Shown here: piece after piece, positions 43,134-52,890 of the stretch
Numbering within the stretch: position 1 is the first letter of the stretch
How the letters are laid out: the number at the start of each line of letters is the position of its first letter
Assembly (NCBI GenBank): GCA_044360225.1
Contig: JBIKKR010000002.1
Location: 1-59,822, forward strand
Length of the DNA: 59,822 nucleotides
DNA from: Bdellovibrionota bacterium
Lineage (GTDB): Bacteria; Bdellovibrionota_C; UBA2361; OMII01
Direction: 5' to 3'
Made by a program: the position numbers and the translations under genes
The notes under the pieces: generated by a model
Databases searched by the model: none
The model's input: only the letters and a program-made list of their open reading frames with translations
Told to the model about the DNA's origin: nothing

Positions 43134-43898
43134 CTATTGAGTGCTGACTGACGTCCCTCCGAGCCATGCTGGCAGCCGGTGGCGGATGCGCATAAAGGGT
43201 CCACTAGCGACGTAGGCGCTCGATAACGCTAGCAATCCGAGACTCGGGCTCTTCCAGACAAGCGCGATGATAAGCCCGATAAAGATCCGACCTTTCAGCT
43301 TAATTCCGGAGAGCTTGAGCTGTTTAACGCTCAGGAATTCAATCGTTGAGACCATGAGATAGGCGGCCACGACAAGCGCAACTGTGGCAAGTGCTGCTAT
43401 TGGGTAGCCGTCATGTTGATATGGTGCGGTAAATACTATCGCGGCAATAAATGCGGCGGCACCTGGGGTCGGCATACCGGTAAAGCTTTTGAGGTTTTCT
43501 GATGCTATGTTGAATCGAGCTAACCTACTTGCTGCACATAAAGCGTACAGAAACGTTACTGCAACTCCAAACTCGTCAGCGCTCCTCTGAAAGGCCCAGT
43601 GGTACATCATCACTGCAGGAGCCAACCCAAACGAAACAACATCAGAGAACGAATCAAACTCAACGCCAAACTTAGACGTAGCGTTCAATCGACGTGCAAC
43701 GCGCCCATCGAGGCCATCAAGTAGAATCGCTATCAGGATGGCAAAAACCGCCTTCTCAAGTCTGTCTGATGAGGCGTACATGATGGCGATGAAGCCGCAA
43801 AACATATTTCCTACGGTAACGGCGTTGGGCACTGCGTAACGCCTGCGATACAATAGGTCTCGGATCTCCTGCCGCGTAAGACGCCTATCACTCTTCAT
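43134..43898 (-). CDS. pssA: CDP-diacylglycerol--serine O-phosphatidyltransferase
   Basis: The CDP-alcohol phosphatidyltransferase motif is DGLDGRVARRLNATSKFGVEFDSFSDVV. Its 254-aa length and TM pattern fit type II PssA. Confidence 0.8.
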   Translation of the reverse strand: MKSDRRLTRQEIRDLLYRRRYAVPNAVTVGNMFCGFIAIMYASSDRLEKAVFAILIAILLDGLDGRVARRLNATSKFGVEFDSFSDVVSFGLAPAVMMYHWAFQRSADEFGVAVTFLYALCAASRLARFNIASENLKSFTGMPTPGAAAFIAAIVFTAPYQHDGYPIAALATVALVVAAYLMVSTIEFLSVKQLKLSGIKLKGRIFIGLIIALVWKSPSLGLLALSSAYVASGPFMRIRHRLPAWLGGTSVSTQ

Positions 43899-43928
43899 AC
43901 TATTTCCCTCTGAAACACGTTACGAGCT

Positions 43929-46106
43929 TCACACCATCACCACGTCAAACGCCCGAGCATAGCGGGTGTCTAGGTGCGGCCGGCTCGCTCGCTCACCGTA
44001 TTGTATCGCACGGGCTTGCAACTCTAGCACACAACTGCCGAGGGATTCGAGCCCTTCGGGGATGTCTGCGTACACGAGTGTTGCACCCATATCTCGCATT
44101 GCAATCAGCAATTTATGAATCTCCTGCATCTGTGTGACCGGCATCACGCACGGCCCATCAATCAGGACGAGATCCGCAGCCAGCGGTGTAATCCTGTTCT
44201 TACCGCGAGCAGCGCCTGCCACCGACAGCACCTCCATGAGCCCACCCCACACCGAGAGAAATCGCGCTTCAGGTTGCGAAAGGATCGCAAGAGGGGTGCC
44301 GAGCGTGACTCGGTCTCGCAATTCAGTTGGAAAACTGTGAACGACAGACTCAAGCCAATCGCTCCCCCACATAACACTCTGAAGTCGTGTGAGTGGGGTC
44401 GCGAGGAGCTCACCCACCGTTTTCCCTGCGAGGACAAGCTCAGCGACGCGCCAGTCATAGAGCGCTCCCTGACACTCAGCACAAGGCACTTGATCGCCAC
44501 CATCCCTGCTTGCACCCCCGTGGCATGAACCACAACGGTAGCGTGATTGCGGTAAGACCAGATCCTCCTCAAGGATGCCTAGCTCCTGCGCACGGCGTGT
44601 GCGCGCGATCTCCTTTGCTACTTCCTGAGCTAGCCCCAGAGCACCGAGTGCCGTCTGGGTCGTGTCAACGCCTGCCTTTACTACGCTGCATCGCTTCAGC
44701 GAGCCAAACGATGCGCAGTGAGCCATTTTATTCCGTTGAGCAAACCGGCTGGCGATCACCGATACGAGCAAACTCTTGCCACTCCCCGTGGATCCACGCA
44801 CGACAGTCATGGCGCCACGTGGAAATCGGATCTCGCGAGTATGCAACGCTCCGATCTGCACATCGCGCAGCACGATATCCTCACCGGGCTTATCCGTCGT
44901 TAGCGCCCGTGGCTCACTCGTCTCAGAGAGATGCAACTGCGCGGGCCGTACGCAAACGATCGATGGCACGCTCTCGTGTTCTGCAGCTGCACCACAAAGG
45001 CTTCCCATCATCGCCGCATCAAGCATGTAACGCGCTCCGATAAACCCCGAGAGCTCTCCGGATAAGACTGAGAGCAACGCCAACTCTCCCTGTGACAGCA
45101 AATCTACCGGAGCACCCAAGGGATAGTCGCCAAAACCACAGGCAACCACCGTTGCCAACTGGCCCTGCAGCGGCTCAGGTAGCCCACCTGCCCGAGCACG
45201 AAACTCAGTGGTTGTGAGCGCCATAACGTGCCTTAGTGGCACGCCGAGTACACGGTAATTCGCCATCTCTGTAACGACACCGAACCCGTCACAGTCACGA
45301 CAGGCGACAGGGCGCTTAGCATCGTCAAGCAACCAACCAGCCTCGGGGCTCGCAAGGCCCTTGTATAAACCGCTGCATGTCTTGCATGGCGGCGCGCTCT
45401 CAAGTAGAGCTCTTGTTGGCTTCGAAAACCTCGCCTTACAGCCAGGGCAGGACCAGTATCCAGATAACCTTCCGAGCTCAAGCCCCCGAGCAGCGCGTGA
45501 CGCGAAGTGCATCAGGCGCAGATCACTACCTCCACGCGAGAACCAGCGCGACACCTCGACATCCAGTGATGGAGCGCTGCTAGCTGGCACAACAACGATA
45601 ACCGGCTCACCATCGTCTGAAACGAGATCCTCTGCTCGCACGAGGATCTCTTGAACGAGCGCCCGCTCGCTCCCAAGCCACTCACACCGCTCCCTAAGCG
45701 ACACACCACTCTCGTCATCAGCTACAACAAGAGCGAGAAAGCCTTCGGAGGGGAGTGTAAGCTTATCGATACTTACCGGTGGTTGGGTCTCTGAAGAGCA
45801 GGCGCTACAGTATGGAACGAGGTGTTTGAGTATGTATTCGTACAAGCTCGGAGAGAGCCCAAGCACATCTACTACCGTTTGTGGAAGAACTCCTAGCGGT
45901 CTCTGTTGGTACCACCTGATACCGGCCTTTGCAACCGCTGGAAGAATTGGCAAAAGGCAAAATTGTCGAAATTGGTCGAAGCGTTCTGGGCTAGGAGTTA
46001 CGGCCGCGCAGTAGCTAGCAACTGAAAGCGCATTATCAGTGCCTGGTGCATCCCAAGAGGCTATCTCTCGGACGATATCAGCTATTGAGGGGGCTTCTGG
46101 GTTCAC
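43929..46106 (-). CDS. Degenerate UvrA-like ABC/zinc-finger protein
   Basis: 725 aa with a GTG start. It has several CxxC pairs (CSAC, CPGC..CKTC, CRDC, CGSC..CAEC) and one Walker A (GSTGSGKS). The signature-like LSQPE and the Walker B LVLIDGP lack the canonical residues. The N-terminal half has no Walker A. Confidence 0.6.
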   Translation of the reverse strand: MNPEAPSIADIVREIASWDAPGTDNALSVASYCAAVTPSPERFDQFRQFCLLPILPAVAKAGIRWYQQRPLGVLPQTVVDVLGLSPSLYEYILKHLVPYCSACSSETQPPVSIDKLTLPSEGFLALVVADDESGVSLRERCEWLGSERALVQEILVRAEDLVSDDGEPVIVVVPASSAPSLDVEVSRWFSRGGSDLRLMHFASRAARGLELGRLSGYWSCPGCKARFSKPTRALLESAPPCKTCSGLYKGLASPEAGWLLDDAKRPVACRDCDGFGVVTEMANYRVLGVPLRHVMALTTTEFRARAGGLPEPLQGQLATVVACGFGDYPLGAPVDLLSQGELALLSVLSGELSGFIGARYMLDAAMMGSLCGAAAEHESVPSIVCVRPAQLHLSETSEPRALTTDKPGEDIVLRDVQIGALHTREIRFPRGAMTVVRGSTGSGKSLLVSVIASRFAQRNKMAHCASFGSLKRCSVVKAGVDTTQTALGALGLAQEVAKEIARTRRAQELGILEEDLVLPQSRYRCGSCHGGASRDGGDQVPCAECQGALYDWRVAELVLAGKTVGELLATPLTRLQSVMWGSDWLESVVHSFPTELRDRVTLGTPLAILSQPEARFLSVWGGLMEVLSVAGAARGKNRITPLAADLVLIDGPCVMPVTQMQEIHKLLIAMRDMGATLVYADIPEGLESLGSCVLELQARAIQYGERASRPHLDTRYARAFDVVMV

Positions 46107-46313
46107 ATGAAATCTCTAACGCGGCTACAATCGAGAATTTCGACAAACTACCAAAATACTGTACAAAGTACAGCAATTTTCCAGAATCCCCCCTGTCGGT
46201 CCGCGAAAAAACCGGCCATAATTCTCGGTGCGCTTCTTAGCGAAAAAACGTAATCAGTCCCCTGCTGATCATGAGATGAGGATACGTAGATCTGGACATC
46301 ATAAGCGGAGAGT

Positions 46314-47603
46314 TTGAGGGTGAAAACAAGCTTTGTAAAGCGCACGCCGCTCACCAGCAGAAGCGTTATCGTACTCCTCTTTTGCGCCTACCTCCTTGTA
46401 GGTCCCGTTCCACGTAGCTCTGATATCGTTGCAGCTGCTCTTGCCTGTGGGCTCTTGGCGCTCTTTTTGGCGATCGTCATCGCTACACTACTACAAGCGC
46501 TCTACGCACAGCGGCGGCTGACCGTTGCGCTCTATCCTCCTGATGAGCCAATCATCTCGGGACAATCCACGCGTGCCGTTGTGAAATTTTCACCGCTGCG
46601 GCTACTCCCCGGAATGGTACTTGAGTGTCGCCTTGCGTGTGTACACGAAGGGATAGCGATACCGACGATTGCAATGTTTAAGGGCCTTTCCGCGGATCAC
46701 CGAGTCGCCATCGATATCATAGCTCCGCACCGTGGCAATTGGGATATCCACGGAGTTCGCTGCGCGGTTGGCGATCTCACGGGTTTTATCCGCGTATCAT
46801 GGACTATCCCGCTTGATTCTTCGTTGATTGTAAACCCACCGAAGCAACCAGATGCGCTCCTGCCCCTGGTCAGTTCAACCCAACGCGCTGGCGACATGGT
46901 AACCGATGCAGTGCACCGTCTTGGTGACCCATTCGATATCAAGCCGTACCATCCCTCTGATGGTATCAAAAAGATTATCTGGAAGGCCTTTGCAAAACGT
47001 GGCGAGCTCCTATCCCGGCACGCCGAAGCATCGATGACACCTGAGGGATTCGTTGCTCTGTTTGTTGTCGCGCAACCCACAGATGATGATGTGTGCGGCA
47101 AAGCGCTCGCGTACGTAAACGCTTTGACGGAGTTGAAGCTCGATCTCCTCTTGAGCTGTGAGGGCAATAACGGTCGCGCTCCGGGGCACAACGTGGAGAC
47201 CTGCCAGGAGCTTCTGATCGATTCGGCTTGGGATGCTCAACGCAGCTCGAGCGCATCGCTCGCGAGCAATCTACAGTCGCTCTTTGATGCCTGCACTCAA
47301 ACCGGTGTTGCCGTGACCCTGCGCACAATCGTCGTATTCTGCTCAGGGACTCGCATGGCAGGACCAGATGGCGCAGAGCTTATGTGCACAATTTCACAGT
47401 GGATGGAGGAGCGACAGATACAGCCGGTCTTTTTCATAACGCAACCATCATTCCTTTCCAACGCGCATCAGATGGCCTGGACGAGCAAGGCTCGCAATAT
47501 CCTCGTTGAGCCAGCATCCTCTACCAACAGCCAAGCCTCGGCAGATGGGTACCAGCGTTTTCTCTCCGCCTGCCTCTCGAAGCAATGGGAGGTGTTCATA
47601 TGA
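46314..47603 (+). CDS. DUF58-family protein with N-terminal membrane anchor
   Basis: The DUF58 core pattern is FDIKPYHPSDGIKKIIWKAFAKRGELLSRH. The start is either TTG 46314 or GTG 46320, after GGAG. Confidence 0.7.
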   Translation: MRVKTSFVKRTPLTSRSVIVLLFCAYLLVGPVPRSSDIVAAALACGLLALFLAIVIATLLQALYAQRRLTVALYPPDEPIISGQSTRAVVKFSPLRLLPGMVLECRLACVHEGIAIPTIAMFKGLSADHRVAIDIIAPHRGNWDIHGVRCAVGDLTGFIRVSWTIPLDSSLIVNPPKQPDALLPLVSSTQRAGDMVTDAVHRLGDPFDIKPYHPSDGIKKIIWKAFAKRGELLSRHAEASMTPEGFVALFVVAQPTDDDVCGKALAYVNALTELKLDLLLSCEGNNGRAPGHNVETCQELLIDSAWDAQRSSSASLASNLQSLFDACTQTGVAVTLRTIVVFCSGTRMAGPDGAELMCTISQWMEERQIQPVFFITQPSFLSNAHQMAWTSKARNILVEPASSTNSQASADGYQRFLSACLSKQWEVFI

Positions 47604-49810
47604 GTCGTACAGTGGGCGCGAACGCCTCACCTCAACACGCGCGACCACCACTCTACGCCGTTGTACTCGGTTTTCGATCACTATGGGTAATTATCGCCAC
47701 AGTGGCTCTGCAATCGCTTTTTCCCCTCGGCACATCCAGCCTACTGGTGGCTGGAGCCGGTATTACAGGAGTCATCGCAGGCTCCCGAGCAGCACAGTCA
47801 CGCCTAACCAACACTGGATTGATAGCCGCTACTATCGTCTGTTTTGCCAGCTACCAGGCATCGGCATGGTGTCTTCAGGAGCTTGTGGGGCTCTTTGGGG
47901 TTACGAGCTTTGTCATCGATCGACTCTCGATGCACGCTGGAACGTGCCTGATGAGTGCAGCAGTGTGGGCCCTGGTAACGTGGGCCTTCTGGCGTCTACG
48001 GGCTGCGCTCACTCTTGAAGTACTGGCATTTTTTGTTGTGGCCCTCGCTCTTTTCTCTGGACACCGCAATTTCCACCTAGAGCGACCGAAGATCCTCAAT
48101 TCAATCGCGTGGCGCCTTGGGGTTGATCACGTCACGATGCTGGTGATTATCGGCTCTGCGCTCACCGTGCTCGCGCTCGCCTATCTCTACTGCGCAGCAC
48201 TCGCAGTGCGACCTCGCATTGACGGACCGACCACTCGGGTATCGCCACTTCGAACGCGCTTTATCTCTATTACAGTGTGCCTGGCGATCCTTGCGGGAAT
48301 TCTTTACGCCGTTCAGAGCATGGTATATGGCCACTACAGCGCCACAGCGCTCGCCCGAGTAGCAAACGGCGTTGGCATGAACTCCAACCCCGCAGTAAGC
48401 CCTTTGAGCTTTCAGTCAGCACTCGGAAGCACTAATCAACCATCTGCCCTCGTCAGACTTGAGGGCGACTATAGCAACAACCCCTTTAGTCCGATGATGT
48501 ACCTGCGTGAGAGCGCCCTTTCATCATTTAACGGAAAGGAGATGGTCTTCGCTGGCCGCGCCTACGATACAGACCTACCGGTAACGGCAACACGAGATAG
48601 TTTCTCGCGCCAAGAAGATGCTGAGCTCGGCGAGCGCACACCTCTCATTCAATCGATCTACCTTATAGCCGAACACGACCACGCCTTTGCGGCAGATTAT
48701 CCGATCTCAATCGTTCAGCTTAAGAACCCGCGCCCCAACCGCTTCAAAGCTACATACCGAGCTTACTCGGTAGCACCTGCATACACCGCTTCAAAGCTCA
48801 CTAGCCGGGATATCGGCGATCCCCGTTGGTCCCAGGATATCAAAGAGCACTACCTCACTCCCCATCAAGACGCACGCTACGCTGAACTTGCTCGCAAGAT
48901 TACAGCCGATGCCAAACTACCGATCGAGAAGGTAACCGCCATCACCGCATACCTTTCAAAGACTGCGATCTACACCCTCACCCCAAACCACGACGTGAAA
49001 CCGACAGACGATCCCGTTGCGGCGTTTCTCTTTGGTGACAAGCGTGGCTACTGCGTGCATTTCGCTCACGCAATCGTATTTATGGCTCGCAGCCTGGGAA
49101 TCCCGGCACGAATCGGCACAGGCTACCTTACCGATCTCAGTCAAGCGAAAGACGGGCACATACTTTTGCGCATGAGCGATCGTCACGCCTGGGCTGAGGT
49201 CTACGTTACCGGCATCGGATGGGTTCCCTTTGACGTACAACCCGAGCAGGTGGAAAGCCATGCTGAGACGCAGGTCGATGCGAAGCTCCTTGAGGAACTT
49301 ATGGGGGCTCTCGAACCAGGCGAAGAGATTCTCCCCACCGAATCCCTCAAAGATGAAGCTGGCATGGTTGAACCAGATGAGTACTGGATACCTTCTCGAT
49401 TGCAGCTTCTGCTCTCGCTTGGCGCTTTATTAGCTTTGCTCGTCATCGTTAAGGCCCTGCTGCGTCACGGGTGGCGCTGCGCGCCAACTCCAGCGCTCGC
49501 GCTACGATGGGGGTACATAGCAGCTGCAACTCGGCTGTATGATATCGGCATATCGCGCGCATACGGCGAGACACGCTCGGAGTTTGCCGCGAGAGCCCCC
49601 CATCGAGTACTCGAAGATCTCTCTCCGCTACTTCTTGCTCGCGCATACGATCCTCACAGCACACTCAGCAGGAGCGATGTACAGCGAGCGATGCAGCAAG
49701 CTCTCGGTGAATTCAACAAACTTCCACGTCGGACGAAAGCTCTGGCAGCGGTCAATCCAAGCTCGGTAACACGCGCGATCTCAAGCCTCTTTGTGGGAGG
49801 TACGTGGTAA
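47600..49810 (+). CDS. Transglutaminase-like membrane protein (TgpA-like)
   Basis: ATG 47600 overlaps the DUF58 stop (ATGA) and follows GGGAGG. An N-terminal multi-TM region is followed by the Cys-His-Asp core: GYCVHFAH ... DRHAWAEVY ... WVPFD. Confidence 0.8.
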   Translation: MSRTVGANASPQHARPPLYAVVLGFRSLWVIIATVALQSLFPLGTSSLLVAGAGITGVIAGSRAAQSRLTNTGLIAATIVCFASYQASAWCLQELVGLFGVTSFVIDRLSMHAGTCLMSAAVWALVTWAFWRLRAALTLEVLAFFVVALALFSGHRNFHLERPKILNSIAWRLGVDHVTMLVIIGSALTVLALAYLYCAALAVRPRIDGPTTRVSPLRTRFISITVCLAILAGILYAVQSMVYGHYSATALARVANGVGMNSNPAVSPLSFQSALGSTNQPSALVRLEGDYSNNPFSPMMYLRESALSSFNGKEMVFAGRAYDTDLPVTATRDSFSRQEDAELGERTPLIQSIYLIAEHDHAFAADYPISIVQLKNPRPNRFKATYRAYSVAPAYTASKLTSRDIGDPRWSQDIKEHYLTPHQDARYAELARKITADAKLPIEKVTAITAYLSKTAIYTLTPNHDVKPTDDPVAAFLFGDKRGYCVHFAHAIVFMARSLGIPARIGTGYLTDLSQAKDGHILLRMSDRHAWAEVYVTGIGWVPFDVQPEQVESHAETQVDAKLLEELMGALEPGEEILPTESLKDEAGMVEPDEYWIPSRLQLLLSLGALLALLVIVKALLRHGWRCAPTPALALRWGYIAAATRLYDIGISRAYGETRSEFAARAPHRVLEDLSPLLLARAYDPHSTLSRSDVQRAMQQALGEFNKLPRRTKALAAVNPSSVTRAISSLFVGGTW

Positions 49811-49811
49811 A

Positions 49812-51803
49812 ATGAACTGGTGCAATCTTCGTACGGTGTTTATCGTCGGCATCTCGTTGACACTGGTCACCTCCAGCGCGCTCAGCCAGACACCGAGTCC
49901 GGAATCCGACTCTATTTCCAGCGAAAACCTTCTCGTTGATCCATTGGATCCGTTTGACCTAGGCGATACCGATCCACTCGCAAGCGAGAAAGAGGACAGC
50001 ACAAAGTCTGCAGAGACGCTGCTGCGCGAAGCAAGCTCTCTGCTACTATCCGAGCGACCACTCGACGCTCGCACCAAGCTCCTGCGTGCCCTGCAACGGG
50101 ATCCGAACCTCTACCGCACTCACTACCTGTTAGCCGGGTACTACCTCGTTCACGTAGGGCACTTTAGGCTAGCCATGAAGTACATCAAACGCGCCGAGGA
50201 GCTCTTTGAGAAAGAGCATGGCGCTCCCCCTTACCGGGAACAGGCCGTTCAGCTTGAACACGCGAACATCATTTACTACCAGAGTCAGATCAGACTGAGC
50301 CTCGACAACTACAAAGGCGCACTGGAATCGCTCGATCGCTACGTATCGCTTGGTTACATGAGCGATTGGTATCCCGGCTCACGCGCCTGGGTACTTATGA
50401 AGCTGGGCCGGGTACAGGAGGCTATCACCGTTGCACGCGCCGGCATCTTGGCTAGCGCCGAACCGAGCCGCACCCTCAATATGCTTGGGATCCTCCTCTC
50501 CATGAACGGACAAACACAGGAAGCGCTTGAGGTCTTCCGTAAGGCTATCGCCAGTGAGTTCGCGTCGGGCAACGACGGACAACCTGCCACTCCACTCAAC
50601 AACTCAGGAGAGGTATTTAAGGAGATCTTCGATGATGATAAAGCTGAATCGAGCTTTTTGAGAGCGATCTCTCTGCCAGATGGCTGCGAGCACGTCCTTC
50701 CAAGCCTGAACTTAGCTCTACTGTACATCGAACAGCTCAAGCTCGATGCGGCCCGCTCGACGATCGATGGATTTGAGCGCCGTGTTGCGCAGTTTCCGCT
50801 CCGAAACAACGAGGAGCACGCCGCTCTCGTGCACCTAGCTCGAGGGCGCATCGCTCTCCACAGCGGCGATGTCGATAGAGCGATCGAGCACTTCAGGAGC
50901 GCTATGGATGGCACCCAATGGTTCGGGAAGATCGGCACGAACCAAAACGATCTAATCGTAGGAGCCACTATCTCTCTAAGCCAAGCGCTCTCACGCAAGG
51001 TAAATATTGTTCGCTCAACGGTAAGCACTTCGTGGAGTGAGTGGTTTGAGCAACGAGCCACTCGCATAAGCAACTCGATAGAGTCGTGGTGGCTTATGCG
51101 CCGGGCGCGGCAGATGCTCACCGGAGAGCTCAACGACATAGAAGACCTACAGATCCGAAACACAGACAGCCTCCTTGAGTACCCAACGCTCGGCGACGTT
51201 CTGCAGGGGCTATCTTCACGGAGCCTCGCACGGAGGCTCGATCGCGAACGGGAGGTAGACGCGAGAGCCCCTGCGAAACTCTTCTACGACCTCTACGGAG
51301 CTGAGAGCGGACTTGGCATGTGGCCCTCGCCGAACTCGCTTGCCACACTCGACACCGTTATCGAGCGTGCCAGACCACGCTACGACGAGCTGCTGCGCAC
51401 CCACGCTACGCTCAAGCGCATGCACACCCTCCCCCACAGCTCTCCACGCTACCAGGATCTCGCCTACCGGGTATTCTTTACTTCTCCTGCTCAGTTACGG
51501 AACTATGGCCTTCCTCTCCCTGTGCGCATTAATCGCCACGGCATGTCGCGATCACTCCAGCGAGCCATTCTTGCCGGCCCCTTTATCGAGGCGCATGGAG
51601 AGTCCGAAGCCGCTGAGCGGAGCTGTAGCGTCTCTGCGACGCAACCATCTGGCTCTGGGGTCAGCCTGTCGTTCTCCTGCCCGGGACAAACAGCAAGAAA
51701 TCGGACGGTAGAGGATAGTGCTCCGGAAGGAGTTGTGAATAAACTATCAGCAAGCCTTTTTAGCTCAGGTACTACGTATGGAAGCAGCAGTAACAACCGA
51801 TGA
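49812..51803 (+). CDS. Secreted TPR-repeat protein
   Basis: ATG 49812 lies 1 nt after the upstream stop. A signal peptide (MNWCNLRTVFIVGISLTLVTSSALSQ) is followed by multiple TPR-like helical pairs. Confidence 0.7.
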   Translation: MNWCNLRTVFIVGISLTLVTSSALSQTPSPESDSISSENLLVDPLDPFDLGDTDPLASEKEDSTKSAETLLREASSLLLSERPLDARTKLLRALQRDPNLYRTHYLLAGYYLVHVGHFRLAMKYIKRAEELFEKEHGAPPYREQAVQLEHANIIYYQSQIRLSLDNYKGALESLDRYVSLGYMSDWYPGSRAWVLMKLGRVQEAITVARAGILASAEPSRTLNMLGILLSMNGQTQEALEVFRKAIASEFASGNDGQPATPLNNSGEVFKEIFDDDKAESSFLRAISLPDGCEHVLPSLNLALLYIEQLKLDAARSTIDGFERRVAQFPLRNNEEHAALVHLARGRIALHSGDVDRAIEHFRSAMDGTQWFGKIGTNQNDLIVGATISLSQALSRKVNIVRSTVSTSWSEWFEQRATRISNSIESWWLMRRARQMLTGELNDIEDLQIRNTDSLLEYPTLGDVLQGLSSRSLARRLDREREVDARAPAKLFYDLYGAESGLGMWPSPNSLATLDTVIERARPRYDELLRTHATLKRMHTLPHSSPRYQDLAYRVFFTSPAQLRNYGLPLPVRINRHGMSRSLQRAILAGPFIEAHGESEAAERSCSVSATQPSGSGVSLSFSCPGQTARNRTVEDSAPEGVVNKLSASLFSSGTTYGSSSNNR

Positions 51804-52803
51804 TTTTCAAGCAGCACATGGAACGATCCAGGCTATCGCTTCTGCGCTTGAGAAGGTGATTCGTGGTCGCTCAGACACAATTCGCCTCGTGATCGCAGCC
51901 CTCGTTGCCGACGGGCACGTGCTCCTTGAGGATTATCCCGGCTCGGGGAAGACGACCCTCTCCAAGACGCTTGGAGGCCTGATCGGTCCCGACACTCCTA
52001 GCGCATCTCGCTTTCCTACTCGTGCCAGCGATCCTATTGTTAGCTTTCGACGCATACAGTTTACGCCAGACATGCTCCCTGGAGATGTGCTTGGTGTTAA
52101 CATCTTTGACCCCAAAACCGGTCAGTTTAGCTTTATGCATGGCCCCGTCTTCGCGCACATTGTCTTGGCGGACGAAATCAATCGCACCGGACCAAAGGTG
52201 CAGGCCGCATTTCTGGAGTGCATGGCCGAAAAACAGGTGACGATGGATAACGTCACACGCCCACTCGATCAGCTGTTCTTTGTTCTCGGAACCCAAAATC
52301 CCCTTGATATCGCTGGCACCTACCCACTACCACAGGTGCAACTCGATCGCTTCCTGCTCAAAGTGCCGATGTCGTACGTCGATGCAGCAACCGAGTGCGC
52401 AATCCTTGAATCACACGCTGAGATCAGAGATGGCTCTTCATCAGTAACCCCTGTGTGTAGTCGAGGCGATGTCCTCGCAGCACGCCGCGTGTGTGAGCAG
52501 GTTCACGTTGCTCAAGCGCTGCGCGAGGCGATGGTAGAGATCGTCCAACTGACCCGAGGCAACCCCATGATTCAATTCGGTGCCTCAACCCGCGCGGCTC
52601 TGATGCTTCAAACGGCGACCCGCGCCTGGGCGCTCGCTCAGGGGAGAGGCTACGCTACCGAGGATGACCTACGCTACATGGCACCGTACGTCCTACTTCA
52701 CAGGCTTAAATTCCATGCAGGAGCAGGAGAATCTCGTAAAGCACTCGAAACGATGATGGAACCGGCATTCGAGCGACTTGTTCGCCGCGGACTACAAACC
52801 TAA
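51778..52803 (+). CDS. moxR: MoxR-family AAA+ ATPase
   Basis: Walker A is YPGSGKT and Walker B is LADEINR. The MoxR pattern PKVQAAFLECMAEKQVT ... GTQNP.D..GTYPLP.VQLDRF is present. It overlaps the TPR gene by 26 nt. Confidence 0.85.
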   Translation: MEAAVTTDDFQAAHGTIQAIASALEKVIRGRSDTIRLVIAALVADGHVLLEDYPGSGKTTLSKTLGGLIGPDTPSASRFPTRASDPIVSFRRIQFTPDMLPGDVLGVNIFDPKTGQFSFMHGPVFAHIVLADEINRTGPKVQAAFLECMAEKQVTMDNVTRPLDQLFFVLGTQNPLDIAGTYPLPQVQLDRFLLKVPMSYVDAATECAILESHAEIRDGSSSVTPVCSRGDVLAARRVCEQVHVAQALREAMVEIVQLTRGNPMIQFGASTRAALMLQTATRAWALAQGRGYATEDDLRYMAPYVLLHRLKFHAGAGESRKALETMMEPAFERLVRRGLQT

Positions 52804-52890
52804 TTCCAGCAGTTGCTGGTCTGAAAATAGCGCATCCAGCTTTATAGCACTTTGTAGCAAAAGTCCTGCCAGGTTTACTGGCACGGACCA

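Noticed and set aside
50354-51163. Long antisense ORFs (50354..51163, 23705..24388, 44393..45043, 53376..53891, 6602..7105, 46697..47191 and similar)
   Set aside because: They lie entirely opposite well-supported genes, have Ser/Arg/Cys-rich low-complexity composition, and lack recognisable motifs. They are typical shadow ORFs.
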